Positions 56,632 to 64,000 of a stretch of DNA of 64,000 nt are shown here, piece after piece. The DNA comes from Myxococcales bacterium. GTDB taxonomy: Bacteria > Myxococcota_A > Polyangia > Polyangiales > Polyangiaceae. Below the pieces are notes generated by a model that searched no databases, was not told the DNA's origin, and worked only from the letters and a program-made list of their open reading frames with translations. The position numbers and the translations under genes were made by a program. The stretch is from assembly GCA_043747615.1 (NCBI GenBank), contig JAYTOU010000032.1, forward strand, positions 32,001-96,000, written 5' to 3'. Numbering within the stretch: the first letter of the stretch is position 1; each line of letters opens with the position of its first letter.

Positions 56632-58017
56632 ATGTCTGATCAGCGATTGAAGGATCTCCGCGGCCCCGGTAGACGAGAGTTTTTGCGATGGAGCGCCACG
56701 GTGGCCGCAGTTCTCGGACTCGAGCGCGCGCGTTTTCTCGACGCGCTCAGCGGTTCTGCGGGAGTGGCACTGGCCGACCAGGCTGCATGCGGCTCCACGA
56801 TGCGTTCCGTTCACATGGTTGCAGGCAACGGCGGGCTCGCGTGGTTCCAGTTGATTTGGCCGCACACCGCGATCGCGATGTCCACCGATCCCAACGTGGC
56901 CTTCCATGCCCAAGGCTCGGCAATGGCTGCTGCAGGGACGGACAAGCCCCTCGTCTACGCGCCGCAGTCTCCGTTCAAGAGTCTCGGCAAGACGAAACAG
57001 ATCTCGGCATTCATGGCCGGCACGAACGAGACCCATACGTCGGCGCCGCAGTCTTCTGCGACGATCGCGACGGGCACTGGAATGATCGCCTCCATCGCGG
57101 CCATTCAGCAGGCGAACCCGACGCTCCTCCCAGTAATCGGCATCAACCCCACGGTGTACGGAACGGCGCCAGGCGCCCCCGGCATTGCGACGGTCGCAAA
57201 CTCGGCGGGGCTCGTCGACCTCTTCAACAGCGCGGCGTCCAAGACGCTTCTGTCGACGCCCAAAGCAGCGGCGCTCAACGAAGCCTATTACAAGGCGTTT
57301 TTGGGGCTCAACGCGGCGGCCGGTCGCAAGACGATGAGCCGCTCGCTCGACACCGGTAAGGTGGCGGCGAACCTCCTCGGGAAGAATCTCTCCGAGCAGC
57401 TCAAACCCACGGGCGCCGACGATCTCGCGTACGGGATCAACGGCGGATCGCCCACCACCCTCGTCGAGATTGCTCACGCGCTCTGCACGGCAGTGAAGGC
57501 CTTCAAGCTCGGTCTCACGTCTTCGGTCATCCTTCCGGCCTTCCGCGACGATCCCCACGGCGCGTTCAACGACATGACGGGCACCGTCGCCATCGTGGCG
57601 GGGCTCGGCAAGATCCTCGACGCGTTCATGGCCGATTGCCAAGCGTCGGCAGATCCTTCGGGATGCTCAAAGTCGCTCGCTGACGGCATCGTAATGACCG
57701 TCCACGGCGACACTCCGAAAGACCCGACGCAGCGCAGCGGCTGGCCGGACGGTACGCCGGGCAACTCCAACTGGCTCTACGTCTTCGGCAACGGCTACAC
57801 GAAGACCGGCTGGCACGGCAGCATCGCCGTCGACGGCTCGGTCGCGGGATTCAACCCGGCCACCGGCGCGGACGTTCCGGGACAAGCAAGCGCTATGACC
57901 TCGCAAGCTGCCGCAGCTGCCGCAGCCTACGCCGTCGCGAAGGGTGACCTGCGACGCGTGCAGGACTTCTACCGCGGTGGGTCGATCGCCGGCATCACCA
58001 ACGCCGTGCAGATGTAG
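56632..58017 (+). CDS. Tat-exported DUF1501/DUF1552-like protein
   Basis: Twin-arginine signal 'GRREFLR', 'GNGG', 'DDPH', 'VHGDT.K.P', 'WPD'. SD AAGGAG. Confidence 0.72.
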   Translation: MSDQRLKDLRGPGRREFLRWSATVAAVLGLERARFLDALSGSAGVALADQAACGSTMRSVHMVAGNGGLAWFQLIWPHTAIAMSTDPNVAFHAQGSAMAAAGTDKPLVYAPQSPFKSLGKTKQISAFMAGTNETHTSAPQSSATIATGTGMIASIAAIQQANPTLLPVIGINPTVYGTAPGAPGIATVANSAGLVDLFNSAASKTLLSTPKAAALNEAYYKAFLGLNAAAGRKTMSRSLDTGKVAANLLGKNLSEQLKPTGADDLAYGINGGSPTTLVEIAHALCTAVKAFKLGLTSSVILPAFRDDPHGAFNDMTGTVAIVAGLGKILDAFMADCQASADPSGCSKSLADGIVMTVHGDTPKDPTQRSGWPDGTPGNSNWLYVFGNGYTKTGWHGSIAVDGSVAGFNPATGADVPGQASAMTSQAAAAAAAYAVAKGDLRRVQDFYRGGSIAGITNAVQM

Positions 58018-58051
58018 TCTGCACGTTTCGCGCAAGACCGTTGAGAAGGTC

Positions 58052-58090
58052 GAGGTCCGCCTACGTTCGCGTAGTGCGGGCCTCTTTTTT
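58052..58090 (+). terminator. Rho-independent terminator
   Basis: GAGGTCCGC-CTACG-TTCG-CGTAG-T-GCGGGCCTC followed by TTTTTT. Confidence 0.85.
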
Positions 58091-58096
58091 TGGAGC

Positions 58097-58672
58097 CTAA
58101 AAGGCGTTTGCCGCCGTCTTGCACGCCATCTGATCGGTGGCGCCCTGGATCCACGTGGCGATGCAGCGGTAGCCGTCGTCGCCGCTGGAAATCACCGAGC
58201 CTCCCTTGTGCACGAAGCCTCCGTTGTCGAGGCCGAGGGGCTTCATGACGATAAGTAGCTTCCTCAAGGCGAAGTCCTGTCCGCTCGCGGCGACGGCGCG
58301 GCTCGTCTCCTCCGGTTGGAGCGCGACGATCGACCGGTAGTTCGAGGCAATCTCTTCGATCGACGTGTCACCCGTCGTTGGCCGGAGGCCTGCCTCGTTG
58401 CCGAGCCGAAGGCCTCGCGCGCCGTAGACACGCATGGGCCGGCCGACCTGTCCGTGGCAGTCGAGCGTGCCGCAGCGGCGCTCGAAGAAGAGGCTCACGC
58501 CCGCCTGGAACTGCGCAGGGTCCGGAGCAAGAACGATCGTGTAGCGCGTGTTGTCGGGGATGTTCCCGCACGCGATCGCCGTAAGCACACCTCCGCATAC
58601 AGCAGCCATCGCCGCGACGCGCACGGCCTTGTCGTAATTCCGTCGGGGTGCTTTGCGACGCATCGAGATCAT
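58097..58672 (-). CDS. Lipoprotein with atypical heme motif CGTLDCH (CX4CH)
   Basis: Lipobox AIAC, CX4CH, later 'KPL....HKGG' and 'WI' as in the neighbouring cytochromes. Confidence 0.75.
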   Translation of the reverse strand: MISMRRKAPRRNYDKAVRVAAMAAVCGGVLTAIACGNIPDNTRYTIVLAPDPAQFQAGVSLFFERRCGTLDCHGQVGRPMRVYGARGLRLGNEAGLRPTTGDTSIEEIASNYRSIVALQPEETSRAVAASGQDFALRKLLIVMKPLGLDNGGFVHKGGSVISSGDDGYRCIATWIQGATDQMACKTAANAF

Positions 58673-59205
58673 TTGTTGAGGTAGACGTGTCCGACCGCAG
58701 AGAGAGCTTCACCCGCGGAGACCGGATCCTTGTGACAGTAGGCGCATGACGGCTCGCGGCTGATGTGGCTCTGCATGCTGCGGCGAACGCCGTCCTTGAA
58801 GATGCCCGCGAAGATCGGGAAGGCGGGATTCCATTGGTCGGCCGAAATGTAGAAGTTGCCGACGGCGTTGGTGAAGACCGGGTTTTTGGGTGAAGAGCCG
58901 ATAGAATCGACGAGGAGAATCTCTGCGGAATCGACGCCGACCGCCATCGACGGGGACTGGAAGATCGTTCCAGCAACCGTGAAAGGGAACGAGTTGGCCG
59001 GGCCGGAAGCGGAATGACACAGCACGCAGGGCTGCCCTGCGCGATGGGTGGGACCGGGACTGACGTTCGGTGCTTCTCCGCCGAGAGCAGCGATTTCTCC
59101 GTCTGGAACGGGATTCGTGCAGGATACAATCGTGAGCGCGGAAAATCCTGCCACGAGCGTCGCAGCTGCGAGCGCTCCCGCTCGGCGCATCAAGTCGGTC
59201 TTCAT
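58669..59205 (-). CDS. Di-heme c-type cytochrome lipoprotein with a beta-sandwich insert
   Basis: Lipobox IVSC, 'HRAGQPCVLCH', 'AGTIF', 'TNAVGNFY', 'CAYCH'. Confidence 0.85.
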   Translation of the reverse strand: MKTDLMRRAGALAAATLVAGFSALTIVSCTNPVPDGEIAALGGEAPNVSPGPTHRAGQPCVLCHSASGPANSFPFTVAGTIFQSPSMAVGVDSAEILLVDSIGSSPKNPVFTNAVGNFYISADQWNPAFPIFAGIFKDGVRRSMQSHISREPSCAYCHKDPVSAGEALSAVGHVYLNK

Positions 59206-61403
59206 TGGAACTCCACTTCGAACCCCACCGACCCATATAGGGCCGTTCGCGTGGTAACGAAGAGGGAGTTGAGAAACCGCGTGTACATCAGGTCTCCGGC
59301 GATCGTCAGTGCATATTGCGTCGTCGCTTCCGGAGAGCCAAGGAGAATTCGGGAGCCGCCGCCCGCCGTCATCGTGATGAGCGGGCCGAGCTCGCGATCG
59401 TTGCTACGGTACGTCGGCGTCGTGATTTTTCCGTCGGGAGCGACAAGCGCGGCATAGGCGAGCTGGTAAAAATTCGCGCTCGTCTGCGCGTTGAAGCGCA
59501 CGTGGGGCCAGACGCGGAGATAGCGTCCGAGGTCTTGCATGTAGCGAAGGTCGGTGGTGGTCGACTTCTGCTGCCACGAATCGGCGTAGATGCGTTCCTC
59601 GAGTCGGAGAGTGGCGGTCGAGAATCGGTGAAGGAAGCGGATTCCCGCCGCGTAGCGATCACGCTCGGTAGGCAGCTGCTCGAGCGGACGGAACGGCAAT
59701 CGGTAGAAGTTCACGAGGTCGACCGTCGCGCCCACCGGAATGCGCGAAGCGATGAGCGGTGAGAACATGGGGATGTAGCGGTAGAGCTTCGACTGATCTC
59801 CACGTTCCGCTGAAACTGTCCCGCCCACTTGGATGAGCGACGTCGGCGACATCACGATGGTGACGCTTCCCTCGAAGTCGTTCACGAGGAGCGTGTTGTG
59901 GAACGTGTCGAAAGGCGTCGTATTGCGACCGATGGTGTCCGCCGAGTGTGAATAGGCGAGCCGGGGAGTGATGAGCTTGTCCTTGAAATCTCCGGTGATC
60001 GCCAGGCCGCCGTGCATCGATCGGTAGTCGGGCTCTGCGGAGACGCCGGCGTTACCTTGAATGCCGTAGAGCCCCGGTTTGTACCCGGCGTTGAGCGACG
60101 CGGCGTAGCGCGTCTCTTTGTAGCGCGCAGAAGCCTCCGAGACGATGTCCGGAGACGCGGCGGTCACCACGTCGACGAGGTAGCTCGCGCCAACGTTCCA
60201 TCCCGAGGTAGGAGAGACAATTGACGCGTTGATGGCGGGCGTGAAGATGTGGACGTGATTCGTATCCGTGTAGCCACTCACGTCGATCCCGGCCCTGACG
60301 ACGAGGTTCTTCGCTTTCTGCGGAAGGCACTTGAGGATCTCCTCCTGGCTCTTCGCTTCGCGCATGCACTTGAGCTGGCCCTGCGTGAGGAACTCGGGCG
60401 TCTTCGAGGTCAACGTGATTTTAACGGTGACGAGCTCGCCATCCTTCGCGACGATCTCCTCGTCGAAGCCGAGCGGAATTCCGTTTCCCGTACCCTCGGC
60501 TTGCACTTTGTGCTTGCCCGGGTCGATCGAAAATTTCTTGGTGAGGCTCTCGGTCGGCACGGCGCGCTCGTCGAAGGTGACCTTCAAGTCGGTCACGCCG
60601 GCCGGTGGCACGAACGTCACGTGGGCGATGCGCGCGATGAACTCTTGGACCTTCGCCGCGGCCACCTTCATCACCGGCGCATTTTTCCTCTGAATTCCGA
60701 GCTGGAGCGCCTTCTGCGCATCTCTCACGGCATCGAGAACCTTGTCCGCCTTGTTCTCGCAGGAGGCGAGGTGAAGGCGCGTGCCGGGCTGCTCTTCGAG
60801 CTTGAGCGATTCTTTGTCTTGGTCGATGCACTCTTCGAGATTGCCCGCGAGCTTCGCGGCAACACCCGCGCTGGCGAGCTTAAATGCCTTGGCGCTCGAC
60901 CAACCCGGCGGCGCGCGGCCTTCTTCCGGAGCAGCCGCTGGCACGGCGACGGCGGCTTTTTCTTCTTCTTCGGTCGCGGCGGGCGGAGGCGGGGGCGGCG
61001 GGGCGACGGCTTTCTGCGCCTCTGCAAACTGCGAACGGATATTCGGGCTGGTGCCTGACCCAGGCAGCTTGGCGCTCGCGTCTTCCTGGAGGGCGGACGT
61101 GAAATGAGCTTTCGCCTCGTCGGCCTGCCCGATCTGGGACGAGACCATGCCCATCGCGACGTAGACCTGAGCCTTCGTCGCCGCCGAGCACTTCTTGCTT
61201 TTGTTGCAACGGTCAAGCAGCGCCTGAAGCCTCTTCTTGGCGTCACTGTAGCTCGCGGAAACGTACTCCTCGCCGAGCACCGCTTGGGCTCCCGAGGCAA
61301 CGGCCGCGTCATCTCCGGCCGCGCGGGAAGGGCCAGCGACGAGTACGACTACGAGCGCGAGGAGCGTTGCTAAACCGGCGCGCAGCAAGGAGCGGCGACC
61401 CAC
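59202..61403 (-). CDS. DUF3570-family outer-membrane beta-barrel protein with N-terminal TPR/PEGA-like extension
   Basis: C-terminal half 'YLVDVVTAAS', 'SAEPDYRS', 'EQLPTERDRYA', 'RIYADSW', 'DRELG', terminal 'FEVEFQ'. Follows DUF4266. Start approximate (GTG 61403). Confidence 0.82.
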   Translation of the reverse strand: MGRRSLLRAGLATLLALVVVLVAGPSRAAGDDAAVASGAQAVLGEEYVSASYSDAKKRLQALLDRCNKSKKCSAATKAQVYVAMGMVSSQIGQADEAKAHFTSALQEDASAKLPGSGTSPNIRSQFAEAQKAVAPPPPPPPAATEEEEKAAVAVPAAAPEEGRAPPGWSSAKAFKLASAGVAAKLAGNLEECIDQDKESLKLEEQPGTRLHLASCENKADKVLDAVRDAQKALQLGIQRKNAPVMKVAAAKVQEFIARIAHVTFVPPAGVTDLKVTFDERAVPTESLTKKFSIDPGKHKVQAEGTGNGIPLGFDEEIVAKDGELVTVKITLTSKTPEFLTQGQLKCMREAKSQEEILKCLPQKAKNLVVRAGIDVSGYTDTNHVHIFTPAINASIVSPTSGWNVGASYLVDVVTAASPDIVSEASARYKETRYAASLNAGYKPGLYGIQGNAGVSAEPDYRSMHGGLAITGDFKDKLITPRLAYSHSADTIGRNTTPFDTFHNTLLVNDFEGSVTIVMSPTSLIQVGGTVSAERGDQSKLYRYIPMFSPLIASRIPVGATVDLVNFYRLPFRPLEQLPTERDRYAAGIRFLHRFSTATLRLEERIYADSWQQKSTTTDLRYMQDLGRYLRVWPHVRFNAQTSANFYQLAYAALVAPDGKITTPTYRSNDRELGPLITMTAGGGSRILLGSPEATTQYALTIAGDLMYTRFLNSLFVTTRTALYGSVGFEVEFQ

Positions 61404-61443
61404 GGGTTTTACGGTACCGGAAATTGGCTCACGTTTGCGAGCG

Positions 61444-61686
61444 CTAGTTGCAGCCGCAGCCGCCGCCGCCGCCGCCGAGACCGCCCGCAGCTCCTTCGGA
61501 TACGGCCCGCACGTGCTCGTCCAACCCGGTGGAAATGTCTTCCGGCACCATCGTCGGGTGGGCCAGCGTTCCGCGCTCATACGGGGCGACGGTCGCGCAG
61601 CCCGTCACGGTGGCCGCCTCGAACGCGAGCACGGCCGCCAAAACACCAAACTGAAAGACGGTGCGAACACGAGTGATGCACGCCAT
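61444..61686 (-). CDS. DUF4266-family small lipoprotein
   Basis: Lipobox VTGC, 'VAPYERGTLA.P.M', C-terminal 'GGGGGGCGCN'. SD GAAGGAG. Confidence 0.92.
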   Translation of the reverse strand: MACITRVRTVFQFGVLAAVLAFEAATVTGCATVAPYERGTLAHPTMVPEDISTGLDEHVRAVSEGAAGGLGGGGGGCGCN

Positions 61687-61740
61687 CGCAGGCTCCTTCG
61701 GGGGGGGAGGCTAAAAAGTCCACCCAATCGTGCCAAGGTT

Positions 61741-61757
61741 TGCACGAGCCACGCCAG
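61741..61757 (-). promoter_or_regulatory. Sigma-54-like promoter for the DUF4266-DUF3570-cytochrome operon
   Basis: Minus strand CTGGCGTG-gctc-GTGCA with exact -24/-12 spacing. Confidence 0.5.
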
Positions 61758-61865
61758 GTTTTCCAAACTTCTGGAGCCAGCGAATTGCCCGCATAGTGAG
61801 TTTACACGGGTCGCAGAGGCTTGCACGCGTCTCGTCGTGCTGGATCGCTCGAGATCTAGTTGCGT

Positions 61866-61881
61866 CGGCACGTCCCGTGCT
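61866..61881 (+). promoter_or_regulatory. Sigma-54-like promoter for the divergent heme lipoprotein
   Basis: CGGCACG-tccc-GTGCT with exact spacing. Would give a very short leader. Confidence 0.4.
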
Positions 61882-61894
61882 CACAGAATAGGTC

Positions 61895-62497
61895 ATGATC
61901 GGACGATCGACACTGGCTGCTCTCGCGGCGGGCTGCGTCTTTGCCACCGTGCTCGCCGCGTGCACCGAGGACACGACGAAGTACGGAGACTCGAACGGGC
62001 TCGCGGGAAAGCATCTCCCGACCCCGAGCACGACGGCCACCGTTGCCCCCGGAGGCGACGGTGGAATGACGATGACGGGGCCAACGCTCAAAGATCTCTG
62101 CGGCGGCGCGGGGCCGCTCGACGGGGGCGCGTGCGCGGTGAGCTGGACGACCACGATCTATCCGAAGTACATCGCCGCGGCGGGCACCTGGAAATGCGCA
62201 GACGCCAACTGCCACGGCCCCGGGTCGGCGCAGCTCCCCTCGATCAGCGACAAAGCCGACAAGGCCTATCTCCAGCTTGCGAACTACAAAGGCTCGGGGC
62301 TCACCGGCTTTGCCAACAAGGTCTACATCAACCCGTGCTCCGTCGATCCCGCGACCTCCGCGCTCAGCTGCAATCTTTTGGGCTCGTGCACACCGACCAT
62401 GCCCGTCACCGGTGGTAGCGTTAGCTCCGCAGGGGCCACGGCGGCCGAAAATGCAGACGTCGACAAGTGGCTCAAGTGCGGCGCACCTTTCAACTGA
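61895..62497 (+). CDS. Lipoprotein with atypical heme motif CADANCH (CX4CH)
   Basis: Lipobox LAAC, 'VSW...IYP', CX4CH, distal 'MP' and 'W...GAP' typical of mono-heme planctomycete-type cytochrome domains. Confidence 0.78.
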   Translation: MIGRSTLAALAAGCVFATVLAACTEDTTKYGDSNGLAGKHLPTPSTTATVAPGGDGGMTMTGPTLKDLCGGAGPLDGGACAVSWTTTIYPKYIAAAGTWKCADANCHGPGSAQLPSISDKADKAYLQLANYKGSGLTGFANKVYINPCSVDPATSALSCNLLGSCTPTMPVTGGSVSSAGATAAENADVDKWLKCGAPFN

Positions 62498-62535
62498 TCA
62501 ACTGAAAACGAAACGCTGAAGAATCGCCCGACGCC

Positions 62536-63342
62536 TTGGATCACCTTCTCTCCCGCCTAGAACGCCGCTTCGGCAAGTTTGCCGTCGCCAACCTGACCAC
62601 CGTGCTCGTCGCGGGGACGGTCCTGGTGTTCCTGCTTTCCGTCGTGCGGCCGCAGTTCATCAATCTCATCGATCTCGATCTCGGACGCGTTGCTCAAGGG
62701 CAAGTGTGGCGACTCTTCACGTACGTGTTCATCCCGACGTACTTGCCGGATCTGAAGTCGCCAATGTCGATGATCCTCTGGTGCTATTCCATCTATTGGA
62801 TCTACCTGACCGGATCGAGCCTCGAGAGCGAGTGGGGCGCGTTCAAGCTCAACATGTTCCTCCTGACCGGCATGCTCGGGACGACCATCGCTGCAGCAGT
62901 GAGCGGCGGCGCAGTCGGGAGCGGGCTTCTCGTCCTCACCTTGTTCCTCGCGTTTGCCACCGTTTTTCCCGACTACCAGATTCTTCTTTTTTTCGTCCTC
63001 CCGATCAAAATGAAATGGCTCGGCATCCTCTCTGGCGGCTTCCTCGTGTACAGCGCGGTAACGGGGAGCTGGGAGATGCGAGCGGCGGTCGTCGCAGGCT
63101 CCGCGAACTACCTGCTCTTTTTCGGGGAGCATCTCTGGGGACTGTGGAAGGGGCGTAACCTCGCTGTCCGGCAGGCTGCCAACCGCGCGTCGAGCCGCCC
63201 GCCACCGGCGGTCGCTGCAGGCCGGAGCTGCGCGATCTGCGGCGAACGCGAGGAGGACGGCGCAGACATTCGCGTTTGCTCCTGCGAAAAATGCGGCGGG
63301 CAGCAACGCACGCTCTGCCTCGCGCACGCCCGCAATCACTGA
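62536..63342 (+). CDS. Rhomboid/Derlin-like membrane protein with C-terminal Cys/His zinc finger
   Basis: 'LERRFGK', 'GQVWRLFTY', 'GSSLE.EWG.FK', 'FATVFPD', 'PIKMKW', 'CAICG...CSCEKC....LC..H'. Confidence 0.8.
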   Translation: MDHLLSRLERRFGKFAVANLTTVLVAGTVLVFLLSVVRPQFINLIDLDLGRVAQGQVWRLFTYVFIPTYLPDLKSPMSMILWCYSIYWIYLTGSSLESEWGAFKLNMFLLTGMLGTTIAAAVSGGAVGSGLLVLTLFLAFATVFPDYQILLFFVLPIKMKWLGILSGGFLVYSAVTGSWEMRAAVVAGSANYLLFFGEHLWGLWKGRNLAVRQAANRASSRPPPAVAAGRSCAICGEREEDGADIRVCSCEKCGGQQRTLCLAHARNH

Positions 63343-63369
63343 GGGTGTAGAGACCCTCAGACACGTCCG

Positions 63370-63489
63370 TCGTTGCTGATCTTCGGGAATTCCCGGGCCC
63401 GTGTCGCGCACCGAAAACCATGCACCGCCTCCCTCTACGCCGGCCCGCCCGGTCACGGCGCTCTTTTCGGGCGTGAAACGAATCGCGGA
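63370..63489 (-). pseudogene. Remnant of a histidine kinase ATPase (HATPase_c) domain
   Basis: Minus-strand translation 'SAIRFTPEKSAVTGRAGVEGGGAWFSVRDTGPGIPEDQQR' matches the N-box tail and G1 box; nothing else of the gene remains. Confidence 0.65.
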
Positions 63490-63530
63490 CGATCAACCCT
63501 TGAGGACAAGTTTGTGGGGGATGCGGTGAC

Positions 63531-64000
63531 CTACACTTCGAGCACGAGCTTGCCGAACGACGCATTGGTCGCGGTGTAGGCGTGCGCCGCTGCGGCTTCA
63601 TCGAGGGGCATCACGCGGTCGATGATCGGTCGCAACATCCCCCGTTCGACGAGGGGCATCACGTGGTTCGCCAAAGCCTGCCCTGCCGCGATTTTTTCCT
63701 CGATCGGTCGACTGCGGAGCGCGGTTCCCACGATCGAGATCCGCCGTCGCAAGACCAGGCCGAGGTCGACGTCTGCGCGGGTCCCCGCCATCAGACCGAC
63801 GAGAATGAGCCGTCCGCGAGTGGCGATGCACGTCAAGTCCTCAGGTACGTAGGCGCCCCCAACGAGCTCGACGACGACGTCCACCCCGCGCCCGTGCGTC
63901 AGGCGAAGCACCTCGCTGGAGAATGCGCTCCCCTCGACAACAATTCCTTCGTCCATGCCGAGAGCGCGCGCCCGTTCAAGCTTGCTCTTCGTGCGCGCCG
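63531..64000 (-). CDS. NAD(P)H:quinone oxidoreductase (PIG3/MDR family), 5'-truncated by the window
   Basis: 'GRGVDVVVELVGG', 'GRLILVGLM', 'GTALRSRP', 'AAAAH....FGKLVL'. Confidence 0.88.
   Translation of the reverse strand, partial: ARTKSKLERARALGMDEGIVVEGSAFSSEVLRLTHGRGVDVVVELVGGAYVPEDLTCIATRGRLILVGLMAGTRADVDLGLVLRRRISIVGTALRSRPIEEKIAAGQALANHVMPLVERGMLRPIIDRVMPLDEAAAAHAYTATNASFGKLVLEV

Noticed and set aside
61700..61707. G8 tract upstream of DUF4266 as a phase-variation switch
   Set aside because: Lies in the predicted untranslated leader, outside promoter spacer and coding frame, and is short for such GC-rich DNA.

Overview
GC-rich bacterial DNA, most consistent with a myxobacterium of the Polyangiaceae (Sorangium/Labilithrix-like). 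This assignment is inferred from the abundant Cys-rich lipoproteins with DAG/DGG linkers, SxPP-rich linkers and FHA-decorated Tad genes. Roughly 1-28.6 kb is mostly housekeeping: two Opp/Dpp-type permeases, a thioredoxin-rhodanese fusion, fur, rny, 5-formyl-THF cyclo-ligase, an orphan Dam-type methylase coupled to a GldA/F/G-DUF4340 ABC operon, an FGE-sulfatase-domain protein, a two-component pair, xseA, biotin carboxylase, a lipase-like lipoprotein, metG, a pyrimidine nucleoside phosphorylase, a cytochrome c'-like lipoprotein and a WYL regulator. From 28.6 kb the region is accessory. It holds a collapsed pseudogene, four GT-C-like membrane glycosyltransferases around a KamA radical SAM enzyme, and two tandem paralogous lipoproteins. 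Next is a single-cluster Tad/Flp pilus locus with two CpaF ATPases, three FHA-type domains and no CpaE/TadZ; its second Flp pilin is frameshifted and runs in frame into the prepilin peptidase. Directly downstream is a roughly 9-kb cluster of heme-c lipoproteins (three with CX3CH/CX4CH motifs), a Tat-exported DUF1501-like protein and a DUF3570/DUF4266 outer-membrane pair, with sigma-54-like promoters. No rRNA, tRNA, CRISPR array, integrase or transposase was seen. All family calls come from motif recognition by eye, not database searches.
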